NCBI GenBank assembly: GCA_021846515.1
Contig: JAJZWU010000002.1
Span: 40,033 to 104,032 of the forward strand
Direction of reading: 5' to 3'
DNA from: Actinomycetes bacterium
Lineage (GTDB): Bacteria; Actinomycetota; Acidimicrobiia; Acidimicrobiales; JAMCPL01
DNA length: 64,000 nt
Numbering within the stretch: the first letter of the stretch is position 1; each line of letters opens with the position of its first letter. Shown here piece after piece: positions 46,068 to 55,191 of the stretch. The notes under the pieces were generated by a model. That model saw only the letters and a program-made list of their open reading frames with translations, was not told the origin of the DNA and did no database searches. A program made the position numbers and the translations under genes.

Positions 46068-46165
46068 CATCGGTTATGTTGCCTACGCCTCCAGGACCCA
46101 CTGCTGCAATCTCAACGGAGCAATGCAATGATATTGATTGCATAGTAGTAGGATTGAGATCATGA
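46064..46165 (+). CDS. Candidate bridging sORF (33 aa) between gcvH and the FHA gene
   Basis: The ATG overlaps the gcvH TGA (ATGA at 46064-46067). Its TGA overlaps ATG 46162 (ATGA). It re-encodes the gcvH C-terminus AAISTEQ from a 22/23-nt repeat (46044-46066 and 46103-46125). Confidence 0.3.
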   Translation: MTSVMLPTPPGPTAAISTEQCNDIDCIVVGLRS

Positions 46166-46653
46166 ACGTGTACTGTCCCAGTTGTGGCCATCGAAATCCA
46201 AGAGGTTCAAGTTTTTGCGCTTCGTGCGGCTCCGCACTTGTTGAGGAGTCCAGTGAAGCTACTATTGCAATTGTACCGGTAGAGGGACTCGGTGACGATC
46301 AGGGAGATGTTCGTGACGACGACCTGGGTAGAGATAGATCGGGACACGCTATGCTCGTGGTTCGCCGTGGTCCCAACGCGGGTGCACACTACACACTCGA
46401 GAAAGATGTAGTTAAATTGGGCAGGCATCCCGAGAGTGAGATATTCTTGGATGATATTACCGTGTCAAGGAGGCATGCGGAGGTAAGGAAGGAGGGTTCC
46501 GGATTGCACGTAGTCAGAGATGTAGGTTCACTGAATGGTACTTATGTAAACAGAGAGAGGGTAGATGAAGCTGTTTTGGATTCGGGTGATGAGCTCCAGA
46601 TAGGGAAGTTCAGGCTTGTGTATATTTCGGGTGTTGCCGATGAAGGGGAGTGA
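46162..46653 (+). CDS. FHA domain protein with N-terminal zinc ribbon (GarA/OdhI position)
   Basis: CPSCGHRNPRGSSFCASCG zinc ribbon followed by an FHA core (LGRHPESEIFLDDITVSRRHAEV...SLNGTYVN). TTG 46138 is an alternative start. Confidence 0.85.
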   Translation: MNVYCPSCGHRNPRGSSFCASCGSALVEESSEATIAIVPVEGLGDDQGDVRDDDLGRDRSGHAMLVVRRGPNAGAHYTLEKDVVKLGRHPESEIFLDDITVSRRHAEVRKEGSGLHVVRDVGSLNGTYVNRERVDEAVLDSGDELQIGKFRLVYISGVADEGE

Positions 46654-47678
46654 TGGGTCGTATGGAACATGAGCCACAGAGAAGCGTGGAAGAACGTCCG
46701 TATCTGTCTATAGGTGATGTCCTGGATATTTTAAGAGACGAATTCCCGGAGATCACCATATCAAAGATTCGATTTCTTGAAAGCCAGGGATTGATAAATC
46801 CTGAGCGAACTCCTTCGGGCTATAGGAAGTTCTTTGAGGAAGACATAGAACGCTTGAAATGGGTGCTTCGCCAGCAGCGTGAGCATTACCTTCCACTGAA
46901 GGTTATCAAAGGTAAGCTGGAAGGTCGCATACCCCATGGAAACGGTGATACCAGGAACGTCGTAGACGAGCAACCTGCCCAGTCTGTACAGGTACTGCAC
47001 AAGAAAGAGGATAGCCAGAATGCCCAGGCGAGTGTCCATCCCGCCTCATCTGAGAGTAGCCGTGAAAAAGCAGATATCGACGAAACATACACCAGGCCAG
47101 GCAGTAGAGTAGAGCAGAATGCTGTTTGGTCGAGTAATGATGGATTGACCAGAGTCCAGAGGATGGGAGCCGAGAGAGGTGGAGCTGGGCAGAACAGGAT
47201 AAAACAGGCCGGTGGTATGTCTGGTGCTGCTTACAGCTCAGTAAGAGCAGAGATAGGTAGGGTTGGAATGGTTGGATCCGCACCAGAGCATAGTGCCGGG
47301 CAATCTGAGCAGGAGCCGGTGGCAGGCGAGGGTGCTTCCTCTTCTGTGCTCAAAGAATTGGAGAGCTACGGACTAATATCGGGAGAGCGTATAGGTGGAG
47401 TAATCACCTATGGCACTTCCGATGCTGAGATCAGCAGCATTGCTTCAAGCATCATGGAGTATGGGTTTGAAGCGCGTCACCTCAAGGTATTCAAGCACGC
47501 GGTAGACAGGGAGGTATCTATAATCGAGCAGGCCGTTGTGCCATTGCTAAAGCAGCGTAATCCAAAATCGCTCGAAAAGGCCAGAGATAGCGCAAAAGAG
47601 CTTTTGCATTTGTCTGAAAAATTGCACAGTGCACTTATGAGAGCGGAACTGAACAGGATGTTCCCGCCGGGCGACTGA
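46650..47678 (+). CDS. MerR family transcriptional regulator (FtsR/Rv1828-like)
   Basis: MerR HTH (LSIGDVLDIL...ISKIRFLESQGLINPERTPSGYRKF), a low-complexity linker and a conserved C-terminal domain. GTGA overlap with the FHA gene. Confidence 0.8.
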   Translation: MMGRMEHEPQRSVEERPYLSIGDVLDILRDEFPEITISKIRFLESQGLINPERTPSGYRKFFEEDIERLKWVLRQQREHYLPLKVIKGKLEGRIPHGNGDTRNVVDEQPAQSVQVLHKKEDSQNAQASVHPASSESSREKADIDETYTRPGSRVEQNAVWSSNDGLTRVQRMGAERGGAGQNRIKQAGGMSGAAYSSVRAEIGRVGMVGSAPEHSAGQSEQEPVAGEGASSSVLKELESYGLISGERIGGVITYGTSDAEISSIASSIMEYGFEARHLKVFKHAVDREVSIIEQAVVPLLKQRNPKSLEKARDSAKELLHLSEKLHSALMRAELNRMFPPGD

Positions 47679-47761
47679 TCGTTATTAGGTAGCGCCATAT
47701 TTACAAGACGCTACACTGTGCTGCACTAGCATATTGCTTCATAAAGCGCTATTCTAAAATT

Positions 47762-48280
47762 ATGGTCGAAGTTAAATTGAGCGCCGTGAGAGTGGACTTG
47801 CAGTCCAGTACTCCCGTATTGCTCCTTACCGAAACTGAGGGAATTGGCAGGACGCTGCCCGTTTTCGTCGGAGCTCCCGAAGCGACGTCTATAGCTTTGG
47901 CAATCCAGGGCATTGATCCACCTCGACCCCTTACCCACGATCTCATGATCGACATAATGGAAAGTACCGGCTCACGTCTCGAGAGGGTAGTCATCACCGA
48001 GATGCGATCGGCTACTTACTTTGCAGAGTTGCATATACGCCATCGTGGTGAGATAGTTACGGTGTCGTCGCGACCGTCGGATGCAATAGCATTGGCTGTG
48101 AGGGAGCACTGTCCCATATTTGTCTCTGACGAGTTGATGGATGCTGAAGGTCTTGTCGTGGCATTTGATGTGGACGATGAGGGTGACCCATTGACTGGAG
48201 AGAGCACCGAGGAGGTGGTCGACCAATTTAAAGAGTTTCTTGATACGGTAAAGCCGGAGGATTTCGGCAGCTCGTCTTGA
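47762..48280 (+). CDS. Bifunctional nuclease family protein (DUF151/BFN)
   Basis: LLLTETEGIGRTLPVFVGAPEATSIALAIQGIDPPRPLTHDL motif. Matches the actinobacterial gcvH-garA-merR-BFN synteny. Confidence 0.8.
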   Translation: MVEVKLSAVRVDLQSSTPVLLLTETEGIGRTLPVFVGAPEATSIALAIQGIDPPRPLTHDLMIDIMESTGSRLERVVITEMRSATYFAELHIRHRGEIVTVSSRPSDAIALAVREHCPIFVSDELMDAEGLVVAFDVDDEGDPLTGESTEEVVDQFKEFLDTVKPEDFGSSS

Positions 48281-48335
48281 GGACATGTCGAGGGATTGAA
48301 GCCAGTTTGAGCGCAGTATAGAGTATTATGTAACT

Positions 48336-49778
48336 GTGACTTCCAACGCTATAAGTAAATTTGTAAGGGGCGCCCGGTATCGGTATGCATCGTTATCTTC
48401 TGAACTGCGTGATGCATTGGTGTACGGCTTATCGGCAATGTTTGCGTTGCTTACCATCTTGGTGTCATCCATACCTCTGTATAGGCAGTGGGGGGAGATA
48501 GCTATTGGTGCGTACATCGCCGGCACTGTATGGTGTATCGGGGTAGCATTCCGTCATAAGATATCTGGCGCCAATAATAAAGATAGCTTTGAAGACCATA
48601 CCCTTGAATCCTTTGCGGGAGATATGCAATACGGACGGGACAGCCAACAACAGGGCGCCTGGAAGCGTGGCTGGAGCAGGCCAAGAATGATTGTTATGGG
48701 TATAGTAATGTGTGGATCTACGCTATTGCCTCTTGCACTGGAATCGTACTGGCAGTATAACCCTGTTGCCTACTCTACTACTACGAGGCACGCGCAACCA
48801 GAGGTGCTGGTCGTTGACAAAGCAGGGCAGAACATCTTGAAGGGGCGTGATCCCTATACTGTTACGAACGCCAAACAGGTATCAAACCACCAACAGGTGC
48901 CGGCAGGGCAGCCTTCTTACGATGCATTCTTTCCCTACCTACCGGCAATGGCTGTATTTGGTATGGGTAGCGGAACCAAACTACCAGGGCCGCTGGGCAA
49001 TGCACGGGTGATGTTCTTGTTGGTTACAGCTGCCGCTGTTCTGCTTGCTATTTATATAAATGGCGTTGTGGATGATAATTCAATACTCGGCTTACAAGCC
49101 ATGTTGGTACTTCCATCAGCGGCGTTGCCGCTTTCCACAGGAGGGGATGATATACCTGTAATCGCTCTGATGTTGCTTGGTCTCGTGCTCATGCGAAAAC
49201 ATAAACTGCTGGCTGCCGGCGTTGTCTTGGGGATGGCGGCTTCACTGAAGTTTACTTCATGGCCACTTGTGATGCTGGCGCTCCTTGTAACTTATGTTGT
49301 ATTTTCCCTGAAAGACATACTAAAGATGATAGCTGGAGCGGGGATTATCATAATCCCGTCTGTGGTACCTGTGGCAATGGAAAATGTAAGGGCATTTGTA
49401 GTAAACGTTATACTATATCCGCTCGGTCTTGCAGGGATAAGATCCCCTGCTGCAAGTCCTATGCCTGGACATATACTTACGTCTACAATGCCATCTATCC
49501 ATAGTACCTATTCACTTGTAATCATTCTGGCCGGGGGGGTGGTGTTTCTGGCTGCCCTCAGAAGATGGTTTCCGCGCAGCTCCTCTTCATTGGCCAGTTT
49601 TGTAGGATGGGCGTTTATTGTTGCAGTGATGCTTGCTCCGGCTACCAGATTTGGTTATCTGGTGTATCCATTTGATTTGATTATATGGTCGAAGATGTTG
49701 CAATTGGAGTCGACGAATATATCGTCAGGTAACGAGCTGCCATCAGCGGCTTCCAGTCGGCTACCGGCTACGGTTTGA
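48336..49778 (+). CDS. Polytopic membrane protein, DUF2029/GT87-like putative glycosyltransferase
   Basis: 480 aa with many TM helices and a GRDPY...FFPYLPAMAVF motif reminiscent of DUF2029. Confidence 0.4.
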   Translation: MTSNAISKFVRGARYRYASLSSELRDALVYGLSAMFALLTILVSSIPLYRQWGEIAIGAYIAGTVWCIGVAFRHKISGANNKDSFEDHTLESFAGDMQYGRDSQQQGAWKRGWSRPRMIVMGIVMCGSTLLPLALESYWQYNPVAYSTTTRHAQPEVLVVDKAGQNILKGRDPYTVTNAKQVSNHQQVPAGQPSYDAFFPYLPAMAVFGMGSGTKLPGPLGNARVMFLLVTAAAVLLAIYINGVVDDNSILGLQAMLVLPSAALPLSTGGDDIPVIALMLLGLVLMRKHKLLAAGVVLGMAASLKFTSWPLVMLALLVTYVVFSLKDILKMIAGAGIIIIPSVVPVAMENVRAFVVNVILYPLGLAGIRSPAASPMPGHILTSTMPSIHSTYSLVIILAGGVVFLAALRRWFPRSSSSLASFVGWAFIVAVMLAPATRFGYLVYPFDLIIWSKMLQLESTNISSGNELPSAASSRLPATV

Positions 49779-49791
49779 ACCACTGGTACAC

Positions 49792-49809
49792 AGTTTCGGT
49801 AGTTTCGGC
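49792..49809. repeat. 9-nt tandem repeat in the loop of a 7-bp inverted repeat
   Basis: AGTTTCGGT followed by AGTTTCGGC, flanked by CCACTGG (49780-49786) and CCAGTGG (49809-49815). Lies in a convergent intergenic spacer. Confidence 0.7.
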
Positions 49810-49929
49810 CAGTGGGGAGGCAGTTGTTATTCGGCTCAGCTGCCCCTGTAGCTTTTGACCAAAACCATACCGGGCCGGTTCGAACTGATTGTTTATTGAA
49901 CTGTACCGTACAGTGCTTCCAGCGGAGGT

Positions 49930-50658
49930 TCAAGAGGCTGCTTCGCTCGATATGGGGAACATGTGGAAGGTGTATTTGGTATAGTCCTTGTCGCTGTGTA
50001 TGCCTTTCGGCAATCGCTTTGAAGAGATTGGGGAGGTAGCGTGCATCGCAGCAGTGTGGGAGGGGACAGTATCAGTGAATGTAGTTGGGGAGATAGTAAT
50101 ACCAAGTTCCCAAAATTGGCCGTCTTCGCCATTTATCCTTGCGATGAACTCGTATGAATGCGACTTACCGGTCGCGCCCTTCGAGATTATCGACCAGTGA
50201 TGGGCGGGTAACTGTTGACTGTAGAAGTTGATTACCTGCTGCTGGCTGGCATTTGAGATGAAAGCTATAGCCTTGTCATAGGAGATCGCAAGTCCGGGTG
50301 TCACTACAGTACCATCCGTTACCGTACCCTGAGGAATTGTCAGCGAGTATATGACATTTAGGGGTGGCTGGCCATCGGCTTCTATTGCTGTAAGATACCT
50401 TTTTGCAGGTATGGCAGTTATGCCGTTGACGGCAGGTCTTTCGTTGCTTGGTGGCGGGGGCGTATATCCACTTCCGCCGAACAGTCCCATTGCTACCGCC
50501 CCAATGATGAAAATACCAGCCGCAAGGCCGACTACCCACATTGCAGGCTTGAGACTGGGACCGGGAGTGTAGCGAAATGTGTTGTCACCATTGCCAATGT
50601 CGTCGCTGCCCGATGTGCTGCTTGCTTCATTTTCTCCGTCCATATATGCAAGATACAT
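49930..50658 (-). CDS. Hypothetical single-pass membrane protein
   Basis: 242 aa with an acidic N-terminus, one TM helix (AMWVVGLAAGIFIIGAVAMGLFG), a PPPP linker and an extracytoplasmic domain. No recognisable family. Confidence 0.5.
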   Translation of the reverse strand: MYLAYMDGENEASSTSGSDDIGNGDNTFRYTPGPSLKPAMWVVGLAAGIFIIGAVAMGLFGGSGYTPPPPSNERPAVNGITAIPAKRYLTAIEADGQPPLNVIYSLTIPQGTVTDGTVVTPGLAISYDKAIAFISNASQQQVINFYSQQLPAHHWSIISKGATGKSHSYEFIARINGEDGQFWELGITISPTTFTDTVPSHTAAMHATSPISSKRLPKGIHSDKDYTKYTFHMFPISSEAAS

Positions 50659-50838
50659 TATACTCGCTTGGGTCGATATGGAGTAGTTGGGCTATCCGGC
50701 TTCCATCGGTTAACAGCTGAGAGTCCAAATAGCTCAGATCAGAGTGCTGCTTAGCGCAGTATTGTTGTACAAGCGTAGTTGGATTGCTGCACTATGTGGC
50801 CGTTACATAGACGTATTCACAATTTTTTGACTTTTATG

Positions 50839-50867
50839 TAGACAAGTACAAATTAATCTGTTAATAT
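50839..50867 (+). promoter_or_regulatory. Candidate promoter for the phosphoesterase gene
   Basis: TAGACA (50839-50844), a 17-nt spacer, then TGtTAATAT with an extended -10 (50859-50867). Confidence 0.45.
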
Positions 50868-50888
50868 GTACGTAGTTGATGGCAATGT

Positions 50889-50917
50889 CAATTGTAAGGT
50901 ATGCAATTGTAAGTATG
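50889..50917. repeat. Tandem repeat CAATTGTAAGGTATG / CAATTGTAAGTATG
   Basis: Two adjacent copies at 50889-50903 and 50904-17 in the leader of the phosphoesterase gene. Confidence 0.8.
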
Positions 50918-51032
50918 TCTTTAGTTGGCATGCCCCATCAGTTGGTACAGTTGCTCGGTTGTTTGGAGTACAGGTTGCCGGGTAGTTGGTTAAGTAGGTA
51001 AACGATATTTGATTACAGGGGAAGAATTAACA

Positions 51033-52421
51033 ATGAAAACATTGGACATGAAAGCAATATCAGAAGTACTGGTCTCGCGCAGGCAGGTTCTGGGTGGTGC
51101 CGTTGTGGGAGCAGCAGGAATTACTCTAGCTGGTTGTTCGTTTTTGGGGGGAGGTTCCTCCGGTAGTGGCATATCAGGAACGTTGCCCAATCCGTCGCTG
51201 CCCGAGGGTACCGATACCATTCCCCAGATAGACAATATTGTCATCGTGGTGATGGAGAACCGCTCATATGACACGATACTTGGCATGCTTGGACGCGGTG
51301 ATGGTTATACGCTCAACTCCCAGGGACAGCCCACCAATACCAATCCAAACGGTAATGGCCAGTACATAGAGGCCTTTCATCTTCCGACAGAATGCCGTTC
51401 ATATACGACACCGAACAACACATGGAACCCAACCCATGAAGCATACGACGGGGGCAAGATGGACGGTTTTGTCACCAATGGCAATGGGGCAGCTGCTATG
51501 GGGTACTACACTTCTACGGACATACCATTCACCAATAGCCTTGCTTCGGTATTCCCGATAAACGACCGTTATTTCTGTTCTCTGCTAGGCCCGACATTTC
51601 CGAATCGCCGGTACCTGATTTCGGGTACATCCGACGGATTGGTAGATGACTTTACTACGTTTTATGATATACCCAGTGATGTGCAGAGTCATCCGGCAAA
51701 TGGAACCATATTCGACCACTTGAACAAACATTCAATATCGTGGAAAAATTATTTCTCGGTCTTCCCCACAATTGCACTCTATCCTTACCTGCTAACTCAA
51801 AACGTAGGTAAGTACGTTCCAATAGAAGAATTCTTTTCCGACGCGTCATCAGGTAATTTACCATCAGTATCTCTGGTGGATCCTGATTACCTTACCAACA
51901 GTGAGGGAGAGGGTCAGGATATTCAGTTTGGTGATAATTTCCTTGCATCAATTGTCAACGCCGTGATGAAAGGGCCAAAATGGTCAAGTACTTTACTGGT
52001 ATGGACTTACGATGAGGCTGGTGGGTATTACGATCATGTGTTACCTCCACCCGCCCCGATACCCGACAATGTGGCGCCTCAGTTATCGTCGAGTGACATA
52101 CAAGCAACATTCGACCGTTACGGTATTCGGGTGCCGATGGGGCTGGTATCGCCTTATGCAAAGCAGAATTACGTCTCCAGCAATGTATCCGACCATACCT
52201 CTATCTTAAGGCTGATCGAGACCAAGTGGAATTTACCTGCTCTCACCAATAGGGATGCAGCGGCAAACAACCTTATGGACATGGTGGACTTCCAGTCATC
52301 TCCTGCTTTTGCTACCCCGCCAAAACTGGCTGCGCCTGCGGACTGGTCAGCTCATCTGTGCATACCGGGGACTACCGGAACAATTCCTCCACCATCTGCC
52401 GTGCTGTCACAGCCTGCATAG
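51033..52421 (+). CDS. Phosphoesterase family protein (phospholipase C / AcpA acid phosphatase family), Tat signal and lipobox
   Basis: SRRQVLGGAVVGAAGITLAGC signal and the family motif IVIVVMENRSYDTILG. The ORF opens at 51009; ATG 51033 is preferred. Confidence 0.8.
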   Translation: MKTLDMKAISEVLVSRRQVLGGAVVGAAGITLAGCSFLGGGSSGSGISGTLPNPSLPEGTDTIPQIDNIVIVVMENRSYDTILGMLGRGDGYTLNSQGQPTNTNPNGNGQYIEAFHLPTECRSYTTPNNTWNPTHEAYDGGKMDGFVTNGNGAAAMGYYTSTDIPFTNSLASVFPINDRYFCSLLGPTFPNRRYLISGTSDGLVDDFTTFYDIPSDVQSHPANGTIFDHLNKHSISWKNYFSVFPTIALYPYLLTQNVGKYVPIEEFFSDASSGNLPSVSLVDPDYLTNSEGEGQDIQFGDNFLASIVNAVMKGPKWSSTLLVWTYDEAGGYYDHVLPPPAPIPDNVAPQLSSSDIQATFDRYGIRVPMGLVSPYAKQNYVSSNVSDHTSILRLIETKWNLPALTNRDAAANNLMDMVDFQSSPAFATPPKLAAPADWSAHLCIPGTTGTIPPPSAVLSQPA

Positions 52422-52559
52422 ATGCATTAGCTTGGCTGGCTGAGTTCTTCAGGAGCATGCCTGGCAGCTGTTGGGTGGCTTGGTGCGGCGATCATACTTG
52501 ATGGATTGTCGATTGAGCATCCACCATGAGACGTTCATTGTGAGCTAATCTCAAATTGT

Positions 52560-53117
52560 ATGTTTGTCTTAGGCGTAGACCCTGGTTTAACTCGTTGTGG
52601 ATATGGTCTTATTAGGCAGGAAGCCAGGCATGCAAGTGTCCGTAGCCCTGCGGTGGCAGTTAGTGGTGGAATTATCGCGACAGATCAAAGACTCGACATC
52701 CCTAGAAGACTAAGTATGCTCATGGAAGAGCTTAAGCTGCTGATAGAAGAGAGTCGCCCTGACGTAGTGGTTGTGGAAAGGGTGTTTTTTCAGGCAAATG
52801 CCAAGACTGCTGTCGGTATCGGGCAAGCTGGTGGACTTGCGTTGGCTCTGGCGGATTCTGCCGGTTGCGAGATTGCTCAGTACAGCTCCAATGAAGTTAA
52901 GCTGGCGGTTACCGGATATGGAGGTGCTACCAAGCTGCAGGTGCAGCGTATGATCTCGTCATTGCTGGGTCTTAATGGACTTCCATCGCCCCCCGATGTG
53001 GCAGACGCGCTTGGGCTTGCACTATGTTACCTCCTCAACCTGCCAATGCGAGAGGCTTTGATTGCATCTGGTGAGCCATTATCGGGTGTCGCGGCTATGA
53101 GGTCAGGTGACGGATGA
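52560..53117 (+). CDS. ruvC: Crossover junction endodeoxyribonuclease RuvC
   Basis: 185 aa with VLGVDPGLTRCGYG, VVVERVFF and ADALGLALC motifs. Confidence 0.9.
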   Translation: MFVLGVDPGLTRCGYGLIRQEARHASVRSPAVAVSGGIIATDQRLDIPRRLSMLMEELKLLIEESRPDVVVVERVFFQANAKTAVGIGQAGGLALALADSAGCEIAQYSSNEVKLAVTGYGGATKLQVQRMISSLLGLNGLPSPPDVADALGLALCYLLNLPMREALIASGEPLSGVAAMRSGDG

Positions 53118-53188
53118 TCGGTTGGTTAATAGTCAATGTATGCGGTATGCTCACCGGGAGGTTGCGGAAAGTGCAGAGTAGCCGATGA
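53114..53188 (+). CDS. Candidate bridging sORF (24 aa, [24 protein letters not shown]) between ruvC and ruvA
   Basis: ATGA overlap with the ruvC stop and ATGA overlap with the ruvA start. Its 5' end is a decayed copy of the ruvA 5' end (first 12 nt identical). Confidence 0.3.
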   Translation: MIGWLIVNVCGMLTGRLRKVQSSR

Positions 53189-54015
53189 TCGGTTGGCTGA
53201 AGGGTAATGTACGTGCCGTCGATCCGGGAGGATTTCTTATACTCGACGTAGGAGGTGTCGGTTATAAGGTAAATGTTCCCCAATTTATGGTAGACATTCC
53301 AGCCGGTGGAGAGTTGGAACTTTTTGTACATACCCATGTCAGGGAGGACGCTATTACCCTTTACGGGTTTGCTACCGATGCAGAGAGGCTGGCTTTTGAG
53401 AAGCTGATTGGAGCTCACGGCGTGGGCCCTTCGTTGGGATTGGCCATACTGTCTGTTCTCGGGATCGGAGACCTGTATGACGTTGTTGTCAGCGAGAATA
53501 TAGATTTGCTCTGTACCGTGCCAGGGATTGGCCGAAAAACTGCCGCTAAATTGGCAATAGATCTGAAATCCAGTATTGATGCGCTGGCTGCCGCTCAAGA
53601 TTCCATGAGTGTTGCCTTGACCGGAGATGCATTGAATCATAGTTCCTTGAGCAATTCCCGGGTCGGCGAAGAAGGAGGAGACGATGGCAATAGCAGAGGG
53701 GTAAGTGGCGGTGGTGGAGATGGTGGCAACTACGCCAGGGGCGACTATGCCATGGCTGACAATGCCGGCGGTGGCAGTGAAAGCGATTCCCTCGAAAATA
53801 GAAGCAGCAGCAATGGTCGTAGTGGGAGCAGGAAGGTTGGCAGTAACAGTATGGATAGTGCCCGCGCGCGATCAGAAGCCAGGTCTGCACTGTTGTCTCT
53901 CGGATACAGCTTGGAAGAGATCCGGGTTGCAATGAGAGATGCGGGTAGCGGTCAGGCGACAGAGGATATATTGAGAAATGCGTTAAAGCAATTAAACAGG
54001 AATCGAGGCGAGTAG
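53185..54015 (+). CDS. ruvA: Holliday junction branch migration protein RuvA with an expanded linker
   Basis: MIGWLKGNV start, OB and HhH domains ([12 protein letters not shown]), and C-terminal domain III ([15 protein letters not shown]). A G/S/N/D-rich insert of about 85 aa separates domains II and III. Confidence 0.9.
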   Translation: MIGWLKGNVRAVDPGGFLILDVGGVGYKVNVPQFMVDIPAGGELELFVHTHVREDAITLYGFATDAERLAFEKLIGAHGVGPSLGLAILSVLGIGDLYDVVVSENIDLLCTVPGIGRKTAAKLAIDLKSSIDALAAAQDSMSVALTGDALNHSSLSNSRVGEEGGDDGNSRGVSGGGGDGGNYARGDYAMADNAGGGSESDSLENRSSSNGRSGSRKVGSNSMDSARARSEARSALLSLGYSLEEIRVAMRDAGSGQATEDILRNALKQLNRNRGE

Positions 54016-54017
54016 CT

Positions 54018-55100
54018 ATGGGTGCCAGGAAAGAGGTTATAAACAGGGACTCATCGGAGTATGATGATGTGTTACTGGTTGATTCCCGCCAGACAGCCCC
54101 TGGAGCGATATCTGGTGAGTATGCCGAAGAAGCCAAACTGAGGCCCAGGGCGCTTGCTGATTTTACCGGACAGAGGGATCTAGTCGAACACCTCAGTATA
54201 GTCATTGAGGCAGCAAGAAAGCGAGGAGGATGTGCCGATCATATACTGTTTGCAGGGCCTCCCGGCCTTGGCAAGACATCGCTGGCAGGTATAGTGGCGG
54301 CAGAGATGGGGGTAGGTATGAGGATCACCTCCGGGCCGGCACTTACCAGGGCGGGAGACCTAGCTGCCATACTTACCGATATGCAAGAGGGGGATGTGCT
54401 CTTCATAGACGAGATTCATCGTATGGTTGTGGCAACTGGCGAAATACTCTATCCCGCGATGGAGGACTTCAAGATAGATATAGTAATAGGTAAAGGTCCT
54501 GCAGCCAAGTCTATAAGGTTGGATATTCCGAGATTTACCCTGGTGGGGGCTACAACCAGGATGGGTATGCTCGCTGGGCCGCTTCGTGACAGGTTTGGTT
54601 TTGTGGGCAGGCTTGATCTGTACCCCGTAGAAGATCTGGCTGAAATTGTGTTGCGTTCTGCCGGCATACTTGAAATAGAGATAAATGCTGATGCAGCATT
54701 GGAGATTGCCAAACGTTCAAGGGGTACGCCCAGGATAGCCAATAGGCTACTGCGCAGGGTGCGTGATTTTGTGGAGGTGCGTTCTGACGGAATCATTACT
54801 CCTGCTTCAGCCATTGCCGGGCTGGATACATTTGGAGTGGACGAACTTGGGCTCGATAAGGTGGACAGATCTATACTTGATGTGCTGTGCGTACGGTTTG
54901 ACGGCAACCCGGTAGGGCTGACCACTCTTGCACAATCTGTCGGAGAAGATCCGGATACCATTGAAGATGCCTACGAACCGTACTTACTCCAGATTGGGCT
55001 AATGCAGCGTACTCCCAGGGGACGGATAGCAAGTGCACGGGCATTTGCGCATCTGCGCATAGAACACCCCGTGATGGGAAGGTTCGACGTTTCACGCTAG
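54018..55100 (+). CDS. ruvB: Holliday junction DNA helicase RuvB
   Basis: 360 aa with [11 protein letters not shown] (Walker A), LFIDEIHR and [15 protein letters not shown] motifs. Confidence 0.95.
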   Translation: MGARKEVINRDSSEYDDVLLVDSRQTAPGAISGEYAEEAKLRPRALADFTGQRDLVEHLSIVIEAARKRGGCADHILFAGPPGLGKTSLAGIVAAEMGVGMRITSGPALTRAGDLAAILTDMQEGDVLFIDEIHRMVVATGEILYPAMEDFKIDIVIGKGPAAKSIRLDIPRFTLVGATTRMGMLAGPLRDRFGFVGRLDLYPVEDLAEIVLRSAGILEIEINADAALEIAKRSRGTPRIANRLLRRVRDFVEVRSDGIITPASAIAGLDTFGVDELGLDKVDRSILDVLCVRFDGNPVGLTTLAQSVGEDPDTIEDAYEPYLLQIGLMQRTPRGRIASARAFAHLRIEHPVMGRFDVSR

Positions 55101-55191
55101 TGCCATTTTTCTCGGCAAATTATCGGCTATTGTATGTAGAGCATGGCTCTACAGAGGGCATCAATCCATTTACAAGTGAGGAAAGATTATA

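Noticed and set aside
52422-52559. A search for a LexA/SOS box (TCGAAC-N4-GTTCGA or GAAC-N4-GTTC) upstream of ruvC.
   Set aside because: No such palindrome is present. Only a short TTGTGAG/CTCAAA partial inverted repeat is seen.
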